Shown piece after piece: positions 38,470 to 45,781 of a DNA stretch of 45,781 bases. This DNA is from Candidatus Hodarchaeum mangrovi (lineage in GTDB: Archaea > Asgardarchaeota > Heimdallarchaeia > Hodarchaeales > Hodarchaeaceae): NCBI GenBank assembly GCA_016839515.1, contig JAEOUE010000102.1, positions 1-45,781 on the forward strand, given 5' to 3'. Within the stretch, counting starts at the first letter, position 1. Each line of letters starts with the position of its first letter. Both the position numbers and the translations under genes were made by a program. The notes below the pieces were generated by a model. The model did not search any database, was not told where the DNA came from, and was given only the letters and a program-made list of their open reading frames with translations.

Positions 38470-38847
38470 ATGACGAAGGAAACTCTGAATTCACTAGAAT
38501 TTATCCGAAAAGAACTAAATTTAAGAACAATAGTAAGATTTAATAAGAATTTTGAGGTTGTAGAAAGAATTGGGGATTTAGATATTTCAGACGCTCTTAT
38601 AAAATCAAATCTTATTCCCGTTTTAGAATCCGATATAGCAATGCCGATCCGATTACCTAATAATGAGATATATGAGATGGTTATGAAAAACCAGAGAGGG
38701 ATTGTAGCAAAAGAAGGACGAAAAAATCGATATCTAGTTGTTCTTTGGATGGATTCAGACTCTATCATTGCTGCAATAGGAGATAATCTCGACCCCGGTA
38801 TGATTTTATTCGAATTTATGAGCTATAATAACAAAATAAAATCTTAA
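38470..38847 (+). CDS. Putative profilin (divergent Asgard type)
   Basis: 125 aa; segment order and pattern match recalled Loki profilin (see findings). Confidence 0.55.
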   Translation: MTKETLNSLEFIRKELNLRTIVRFNKNFEVVERIGDLDISDALIKSNLIPVLESDIAMPIRLPNNEIYEMVMKNQRGIVAKEGRKNRYLVVLWMDSDSIIAAIGDNLDPGMILFEFMSYNNKIKS

Positions 38848-38896
38848 TCAATCGGGATAGAAGAATTGATCACCTAGAATTCATGGAGATACAAAC

Positions 38897-39925
38897 ATGG
38901 AAGTAGAAATGAGTACTGATCAAATTTCAAATCTAATACGATTAAAAGGCATTGTAAGATTGTTACGACCTCATCAATACTATAAAAACTTATTGGTTTT
39001 TTTCGGTTTGTTTTTCTCTCGTAATATTTTCCGAATTGACACTTGGATTCCTGTTCTAATCGGTTTTATAGCCCTCTGTTTAATCTCATCATTAAATTAT
39101 ATTGTCAATGACTTTAAAGATCGTGAAAAGGATAAATCCCATCCCGACAAAAAAAATAGACCTTTTTCTTCTGGAGTTATCACTATTCAAATGGGACTTT
39201 TACTAATGATAGTAATATTAGCATCAACGACTTTATTAGTCGTTTTCATACCCGAAACATATGATCCTATCTATTTATTTTCAAGAATATCTGAAGAAGG
39301 TGATTATGAATCAGCTCAAGTAACTGTTGATTCTAAAATAGCCTTTATTTTAATCTTAGGAGCTTTATTCATTACTAGTCAACTTTATTCTTTCTTTTTG
39401 AGAGATTATGTTTTTGTTGATATTATTACTATTTCCGTAAATTATGTTTGGCGAGCTGTGGCTGGCGTCGTTCTAATTTCAGTTACTATTTCCCCTTGGT
39501 TAATAACTTTATGCTTTACATCAGCTATGCTCTTAGCATTAGCAAAACGTAAAGGAGATATGACTGTCCTTGGAGAAAACGCCAAAGAACATAAACGAGT
39601 ATTTAAATTATATACAGAAGATCTAATTGATCAAAGCTTAGCTACCGTAATTGCTGTAGAGTTATTGGCAATCTTTATATATTTGAATGAAAGACACGCA
39701 AACGAAACAGTATTTATCATCCTTTCCTTACCATTGTTTACCTTCACTCTATTTCGGTACCTATTTCTGGTCTCAAATAAAGGAGAAATTTGTAGAAAAG
39801 CCGAAAAACTATTTTTCGATAAACAATTAATCAGTACAGGTTTAATTATAGTTTTATTATTTTTCTTTGCTATATATTTTCCCAACTTTTTAGATAATCT
39901 AATAGGCCTTCCCCCTGATAGATAA
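38897..39925 (+). CDS. UbiA-family prenyltransferase, decaprenyl-phosphate phosphoribosyltransferase-like
   Basis: RPHQYYKNLLVF, NDFKDREKDKSHPDKKNRP and AKRKGD motifs; multi-TM. Confidence 0.85.
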   Translation: MEVEMSTDQISNLIRLKGIVRLLRPHQYYKNLLVFFGLFFSRNIFRIDTWIPVLIGFIALCLISSLNYIVNDFKDREKDKSHPDKKNRPFSSGVITIQMGLLLMIVILASTTLLVVFIPETYDPIYLFSRISEEGDYESAQVTVDSKIAFILILGALFITSQLYSFFLRDYVFVDIITISVNYVWRAVAGVVLISVTISPWLITLCFTSAMLLALAKRKGDMTVLGENAKEHKRVFKLYTEDLIDQSLATVIAVELLAIFIYLNERHANETVFIILSLPLFTFTLFRYLFLVSNKGEICRKAEKLFFDKQLISTGLIIVLLFFFAIYFPNFLDNLIGLPPDR

Positions 39926-40011
39926 ATTCGCATCTAAACAAAATAAAATTGACTAGGAGCTAAAAATACCCTTTTTTAAAAAAAGGAGAAAATAATTAAT
40001 TAGTGAATTAA

Positions 40012-40335
40012 TTAAGAATTTTCTTCAAGATCTTCTTCATCAAGATTAAGATCATCTAAATCGATAGGTTCAGGAGGGGGAGTGGTAGCCATGGTTATAC
40101 CGATCCAGGCTATTATAAATCCGATCATCAACGTTGCTAAATAGACTGGCCATAAAATAGCATCCAATGGAGTCGTATTTAGAAGATTTAATGAGTTTAC
40201 TAGGTCATAAAGTAGATCACCATCATTTAAACCAAAATACTGCTGAACTGGGAGGAAAAGGGTATATAATATTAGAAATATAATTGTTAAAAAGAAGATT
40301 CCATATCCGTAAATTTTATCTTTTGACATATTCAT
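40012..40335 (-). CDS. Small 2-TM protein, DPM2-like (archaeal ATTPPP family)
   Basis: DKIYGYG...LYT...AILWP...WIGITMATTPPP followed by an acidic tail. Confidence 0.55.
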   Translation of the reverse strand: MNMSKDKIYGYGIFFLTIIFLILYTLFLPVQQYFGLNDGDLLYDLVNSLNLLNTTPLDAILWPVYLATLMIGFIIAWIGITMATTPPPEPIDLDDLNLDEEDLEENS

Positions 40336-40545
40336 TCATTCTCCGTTCTAGATACTCCATTCCCACTCCCTCATCAAAAGAGGGAGATAGGAATATGAAC
40401 TAAACTGGTGCTGAAGATAATTTTTTTGCTTATTTATATCTATTTATGATTAAGGTGAAGTTAGATATCTGTGAATAATTCATAAAGATTTGAAATTTTG
40501 GGAAAGAAAACTCCTTTCTTTCCCCATAAAACAATGTTTTATTTA

Positions 40546-42882
40546 CTAAAAAGTAAGATTATAAGTCCAAGATTGTGCCAGTCGATAATTACCAGGAGAG
40601 ATTTCAAAGATCGCATAGAAATTCACAGTTCGGATCCCATGAACTGCAACATTCGTAACGAATGTATGTTCTCCCCTTCCATCTCCGGTAGTCAGCTTAT
40701 ATCCAAGAAAAAGCCCGTTCTGAACAATTCCCTCGATACTCGCATTTTCATCCTGAGTTCCTACAAAGAATGTAATATTTGCTCCGCTATAAGGTAACCA
40801 AGTGGTGAGGGAAGGAACTTTAATTAGACGGGTGCGAAGAGTGATGGTAGTACCACTTGAAATTGATCCCCCGTCTCCTAATAATCCATCATTTACAGTT
40901 ACTCGTCCGATTATTGGATCCAACGGATTTGATTGATGATCTTGAATTGCCTGAAATATTCCTTTTGTTTCCAGATCATAATCCGATCTGATAAAGAGAG
41001 TTTGCTCATCTCCAGATGGTGGAACTATATCTGGGGGGATATCAATGCCATATTGATTTGCTAAATAAATAAGAAGGGGGTCAAAACTTACCCATTCAAC
41101 ATATTCATCCCCTGGGAGGAGAGGATTGGGATCGATAGGGACTAATACTTCAGACCAGGCATGAAGGAAGCGAGAAGTAATTACTCTCCATGGATTGTAA
41201 ATAACAGAATCATTCCCTCCAATATAACCTATCACTACTCTGCTAGGGATATTCTGTAACCTCATAATCATCGTGTAAGTAGAGGCAAAATGGAGAGAAA
41301 CTCCACCTTCTTCTCGATTGACAAACCATTCATTAAAATCCTCATATTCCGTGGGGTGGGCCATTTGTTGTCCAACAACTTGTTCTCCCAACCACATGCT
41401 TTCATCAAAAGGGAATTTTGAATCATTTCCAAGTTGTTGCATCACATAATATGCTTGGCCAAAAACTGTTTGACTTGGTTGTGCCCAGTCTCTTGCTAGT
41501 TGAGAAACTGTGGGAGCCCAATTCGAATAGTTATCAGTAGGTTGAGAAGGACGTGTTTCCCCTCCAACATAGATGGTTGAAGGTAAATCAGGGAATTGTA
41601 TGTAAAGATTTTGAACACTAGCCCATGTAGTGGGATCAAAAATTGTATTATATGCATCGGTAGAGAGAGAAAATGCAGCTGTTGTTTGAATATCAGGAGC
41701 CATATAATCCATGGTATAATCAAAGTGCCCCTCTTCTAGAGCAGTTTCACTTACTTGAATATAACCATCTATACCACGCATATCTGTGGCGAAGGCTGAG
41801 GGGACAATCTCTCTTGAACGTCTTGTTATGACTGTAAGAGGATTTCCAACACTATCATAAAGTTCAAATGTATTAGCATCAATAAATGATCCGTATTCCC
41901 CATTCCATGTTGTAGGGAGGAAATTCTGAAAGTTTGGATGTACACTAAAATCAGGAGTTGAGGAATTGTGATCCAATGGCAAACGCACTGTAAAGCGTGC
42001 TGTCCGTTCTGCAGATGGAACTAAAGTGGAATATGGCGTTCCAACTGGTGAAGGGGAGATTATTCGTTTTATTGTATCAGTTGGATTCCAATCAGTGGTA
42101 TATGGAGCTTTATCAGTATATTCATATTGAGATAAACTACCTAAACGCCAGTATACAATAGGATCTTGAGGATCAACTGGATCATCACTGGTTACGTTAA
42201 ATAAAGGAGTGTCTGGAGCACTTAGTCCCGCTGTGAATTGATCCAGAAGATTTTCTAGTAGATAAGTTGCATCCCAAGTTGGTGTATTAAACATTGACCA
42301 ATTGATATCTTTTTCAGTATAAGGATTAAAATTACTTCGCTGTCGTGGTGTTCCAAGTCCAGAGATTTCAGTAATATAAGTACTTAGAAATAACATAACC
42401 ACCAACAGTGTCGGAAGTAGATTCAATAAATTTCGACTCAGATCTTTCTTCGCAAGGGCTTCTATCTGTGTTCGTGCTATTTTGGTTAAAGCTAGAAGAA
42501 AGATTGTTATCATTGAGGTAAGTTGGTGAATTAAAAAAGTTGTGGAAGAAGCTCCGCTTACAGTTTGAAGATAAACCGAGGCTCCCATGTTAAACATTAT
42601 TGATTTAAAGAATTCTATTCCTAATGCAATTCCATAGGGTCCAATGATTTTCCGAGAGTATCGAAGGATAAACCATTCAAATAAAGTTAGACATCCAATT
42701 AAGAAGAAACTGGGGATTGCTCGACTGTAAAAATCGCCTTCTTGAGAGCTAGACCCTGCTATGGCAGGAATAAAAGCAATTCCAGTTAAAAATGCTGTAA
42801 ATGCACTAACAATAACTAAGTACCTAATGATGGAAGGAGCGGGGTCTCGCCCACTTAATTTTTCATTTGAACTCATATGCAA
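40546..42882 (-). CDS. Membrane-anchored transglutaminase-like (TgpA-type) protein; catalytic Cys replaced by Ser
   Basis: N-terminal TM bundle; YWRL; GVSLHFAST...RLQNIPSRVVIGY...HAWSEV...WVSFDP. Confidence 0.85.
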   Translation of the reverse strand: MHMSSNEKLSGRDPAPSIIRYLVIVSAFTAFLTGIAFIPAIAGSSSQEGDFYSRAIPSFFLIGCLTLFEWFILRYSRKIIGPYGIALGIEFFKSIMFNMGASVYLQTVSGASSTTFLIHQLTSMITIFLLALTKIARTQIEALAKKDLSRNLLNLLPTLLVVMLFLSTYITEISGLGTPRQRSNFNPYTEKDINWSMFNTPTWDATYLLENLLDQFTAGLSAPDTPLFNVTSDDPVDPQDPIVYWRLGSLSQYEYTDKAPYTTDWNPTDTIKRIISPSPVGTPYSTLVPSAERTARFTVRLPLDHNSSTPDFSVHPNFQNFLPTTWNGEYGSFIDANTFELYDSVGNPLTVITRRSREIVPSAFATDMRGIDGYIQVSETALEEGHFDYTMDYMAPDIQTTAAFSLSTDAYNTIFDPTTWASVQNLYIQFPDLPSTIYVGGETRPSQPTDNYSNWAPTVSQLARDWAQPSQTVFGQAYYVMQQLGNDSKFPFDESMWLGEQVVGQQMAHPTEYEDFNEWFVNREEGGVSLHFASTYTMIMRLQNIPSRVVIGYIGGNDSVIYNPWRVITSRFLHAWSEVLVPIDPNPLLPGDEYVEWVSFDPLLIYLANQYGIDIPPDIVPPSGDEQTLFIRSDYDLETKGIFQAIQDHQSNPLDPIIGRVTVNDGLLGDGGSISSGTTITLRTRLIKVPSLTTWLPYSGANITFFVGTQDENASIEGIVQNGLFLGYKLTTGDGRGEHTFVTNVAVHGIRTVNFYAIFEISPGNYRLAQSWTYNLTF

Positions 42883-43152
42883 CCACCGTCGTATGTATAA
42901 AGATTGGATTTCAAAAGTTTAATTTTCTTATTAGGATTATAACGGACTTTATTAGATTATTAGAAGTATAAATCGAAACGGCTCTAATTATCTTCTTATT
43001 TACTCTAGATATTATTTAATGTTATTCAGTTTATAAAATTGTGGAAACACTATAATTTCTAAAATCATTCTGCTTTGAATTCAAATCAAAAAGTAAATTT
43101 ACCTTTTGATTAACTTAAAAATAGTCTCAATTATAATTAATCATATTTTTGT

Positions 43153-45642
43153 TTATTTTTCTTGAGTCGTAGAGAAAAATAACGAACAAAAGACACAAAG
43201 ACGATATGGTTTTCGTCCACGTTTAACAACAAGGAGTGTATTTTGGTTACATCTTGTACATGGAGTACTAGAAGTAATCGTGGTTCCTGAACGCAACTTA
43301 GGGCCTTTCCAAACTCTTTCGCATTTCTCACAATGAATTTGGGTACGAATATCGTCGAATTTCAAATAAACTTTACCTCCACAATCAGGACAATGTCCTA
43401 ATAATTGTAGACTCTTTAGAGGTACCCAAGATCCTGAAAACGGACATTCTTGTCTATTACAATCGCTACAAAACCATGGTTTATCATCTGATGCTTCTCT
43501 TGTCCAACAAATAGGACACATGATCCAATTATGTTTATTTGAAGAAATTAATAATGGTACACTATCACAAATTAAGCAAGATTCATTTTCTAACAAAATA
43601 AGATCTCCTTTCTTCGGTAAAGGAAAAATTGTTTTGCATAATGGATTTGTGCACCTTAAAAATCTAGAGGATTCCTTACCTGTTTGTAATATCAAATTTC
43701 CATCACAATCTGGGCAAGTTCCAAAGATCTGTCCTAATCCTGTCATTTCTTTGATACTTTCAATTAAAGTTCTAAATATTTCTTCTTGGTTGGCTTTCAT
43801 TCTCTGAATCCCCCTAGAAGTTAGTTCAATCACTAATTTATCAACATCATCAGCTGTTTTTTTATGATCACGAATCTGTTGAGTCCATGATTCAACCTTT
43901 CCACGAATTTCTGGCAAAATTAGTTCTTTGGCATTTTCACATAGAATGTAGTATAATGCAGTCCCTAAGGATGTTGGAACAAGGATTCGTCTTGATCCTC
44001 TAAGAGCTGTATAATGACGCTTTTGAACTGTATCAATATGTGAAGAACGTGTAGCATCTGTTCCTAAATTCAATTCAGCCATTTTTCTGATTAATTGCGA
44101 TTCAGTCCATAATGGGGGTGGAATTGTGAACCCTTGATGTTTATTAGGTTCAATAACCCATGAAGTTCCTTTTTTTAATTCAGGAAATATCTTTTCATTA
44201 ACAGTTCTAAAGGTGTAGAAACTAAGAAATCCTTGATCTGTAATTCTCCTTCCTTCTAAAATAAAATCTTCATCAATGGCCCTCAATATAATATACTGGG
44301 TGATTGTTTTTGCATCTAAATGAATTGTGGCTAAAAAACGCCATACGATATATTGATATATTCGCCATGCGTTATTAATTAATCTTGGAGTTTTTCCAAA
44401 AATTTTTTGGATATCCGAAAGGATAGCTGACTTTACAGGTTTAATTGGTTCATGATCTTTCGTGAATCGTCCTTTACTTGGATCTAATACCCCTCCTAAT
44501 CGAATACATTCTTGAGCAACTTCTCCAAAATCTTCATGGTTTAGGAATTTTTCAGCTAGGTTTGTTAAATCCTTCTCAAGATAAAAAGAACTTTCCGTTC
44601 GAGGATATGTTATGAATCCATTATTATAAAGTTTTTCAGAAATATCAGAAACTAGTTTAGGACTGATTTTAAAAAAATAAGAGCACTCCGCTTCAAGAGT
44701 ATCAGTATCTAATGGAATTGGTCGTTTTATCGTTCCAAATTCTTCATTATAATCAGATATTATTCCTTTTAATCCTTGTGTTTTTAATGCTTGGATAAGA
44801 GAATCAACCTCAGTTTCATTTGTTGATGGATTTTCCTTCCAGTCGAAAAATAAAGGACCATCCTTTGTTGAAATTTTTAAGGATATCTTCCAAAACTTCT
44901 CAGGAATGAAACGTTGATTTTCAAGATATCTATTTGTTATTAGCCATAATACACTAGTTTGACACGGTCCATAAGAGATCATTTTATTATGAACTCCTCT
45001 TTCTTGTACTCCAACCGTTAGAAATCGTGTAAGGCTAGAACCCATTCGTAAATCTTGTTTTCTAAGAGAATCTACTTGGGCAATCCAATCCCAATCAAGG
45101 GTGGTTTGGTTTTCAAATGCTTGTGTTAAAATTCTTGGATTAGTGCTTGTAAAATGCATTCTTCCATGTTGGATTTTATTATTTACTCTAATTGCTATAT
45201 CAAGGATCTGTCGTCCAATTGATTCCCCATGGCCATCCCAATCTGTTGCAATTATAATTAGATTAGACTCCTTTCCTATATCTCGAATATGCTCTGCTAA
45301 TTCATCTCGAATAGGAATTTCAATAGGTTCTAGATCTACAATATCTAAAGGGTCAGTATTCTGCCAATTCGTTTCTTTATCATAAGGAGGAGGATAATCA
45401 TAATTCAGAATGTGACCGGTAACACTAGAAATGATGATTCGATCTCCTTTTTGGAGTCTATAATCATTATTTTTGATCTTAAATGCAATTTTATGTTCTT
45501 CTAAAGAGCACTCATAACGATAATTATACCGGGTTTTGCCTTTAACACCTTTAAATTTTAATTTGTATACAATTGAAAAGGCACGTACAATTGCCCTAGC
45601 AATAGATGGTTTTTCTGCAATTAATGAGATTATTGATTCCAC
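43153..45642 (-). CDS. top3: Type IA DNA topoisomerase (topoisomerase III type) with C-terminal zinc ribbons
   Basis: IAEKPS, ATDWDGHGE TOPRIM, SYGPCQT, catalytic Tyr in ITYPRTES, LGTDATR, many CxxC pairs. Confidence 0.92.
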   Translation of the reverse strand: MESIISLIAEKPSIARAIVRAFSIVYKLKFKGVKGKTRYNYRYECSLEEHKIAFKIKNNDYRLQKGDRIIISSVTGHILNYDYPPPYDKETNWQNTDPLDIVDLEPIEIPIRDELAEHIRDIGKESNLIIIATDWDGHGESIGRQILDIAIRVNNKIQHGRMHFTSTNPRILTQAFENQTTLDWDWIAQVDSLRKQDLRMGSSLTRFLTVGVQERGVHNKMISYGPCQTSVLWLITNRYLENQRFIPEKFWKISLKISTKDGPLFFDWKENPSTNETEVDSLIQALKTQGLKGIISDYNEEFGTIKRPIPLDTDTLEAECSYFFKISPKLVSDISEKLYNNGFITYPRTESSFYLEKDLTNLAEKFLNHEDFGEVAQECIRLGGVLDPSKGRFTKDHEPIKPVKSAILSDIQKIFGKTPRLINNAWRIYQYIVWRFLATIHLDAKTITQYIILRAIDEDFILEGRRITDQGFLSFYTFRTVNEKIFPELKKGTSWVIEPNKHQGFTIPPPLWTESQLIRKMAELNLGTDATRSSHIDTVQKRHYTALRGSRRILVPTSLGTALYYILCENAKELILPEIRGKVESWTQQIRDHKKTADDVDKLVIELTSRGIQRMKANQEEIFRTLIESIKEMTGLGQIFGTCPDCDGNLILQTGKESSRFLRCTNPLCKTIFPLPKKGDLILLENESCLICDSVPLLISSNKHNWIMCPICWTREASDDKPWFCSDCNRQECPFSGSWVPLKSLQLLGHCPDCGGKVYLKFDDIRTQIHCEKCERVWKGPKLRSGTTITSSTPCTRCNQNTLLVVKRGRKPYRLCVFCSLFFSTTQEK

Positions 45643-45781
45643 GTTTCTTACCTTAAAATCAATGATATTAACTATAAAACCAAGAATAAATAATGATTAT
45701 AAAACTAAAGAAAATTGATCACTGGACTGACTAGTATTGACATTTAATGAAACTTCATTAAAACTTTACATTACAGGAGCT

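Noticed and set aside
1784-45718. Short ORFs antisense to or nested in real genes (e.g. 1784-2080, 3326-3601, 5920-6231, 6696-6998, 13674-14045, 15638-16810, 38451-38768, 40498-40797, 43520-43807, 45101-45385)
   Set aside because: Shadow frames of well-supported genes with no recognisable motifs
1-45781. CRISPR arrays, IS elements, integrases, proviruses, inteins, selenoprotein UGA read-through
   Set aside because: No regularly spaced repeats, no transposase or integrase motifs, no duplicated tRNA 3' ends noticed, proteins have normal lengths, and TGA stops fall at expected C-termini

Overview
AT-rich archaeal chromosome segment. Gene content (SRP54, aRF1, Rpo4, L21e/L37e/L40e, Pus10, TrmY, Rpp21, Lsm, MutL, plus several eukaryote-like proteins) points to an Asgard archaeon, probably Heimdallarchaeia/Hodarchaeales; this taxon call is an inference. 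It is mostly core translation and RNA-processing genes, with no mobile element or CRISPR array. I read 10 tRNA genes. Eight of them carry 12 bulge-helix-bulge (BHB) introns in total, many at non-canonical D-arm (21/22, 22/23) and T-loop (59/60) positions, and the two tRNA-Glu genes share an almost identical intron. Two real small genes are missing from the ORF track: a ribbon-helix-helix protein and L40e. The main hunt result is a set of tRNA-associated RNA segments that have box C/D-like motifs and paired antisense elements to conserved rRNA regions: the 57-nt D-loop intron of tRNA-Leu and the leader of the tRNA-Asp/Lys transcript. They suggest tRNA-hosted rRNA guide or chaperone RNAs. The window also has several eukaryote-like proteins: a divergent profilin, a Top3beta-like topoisomerase, a presenilin with PS1-type motifs, a DPM2-like protein and a CdvA-like coiled coil. 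A membrane transglutaminase-like protein has Ser in place of its catalytic Cys. All homology statements come from motif recognition and recalled reference sequences, not database searches.
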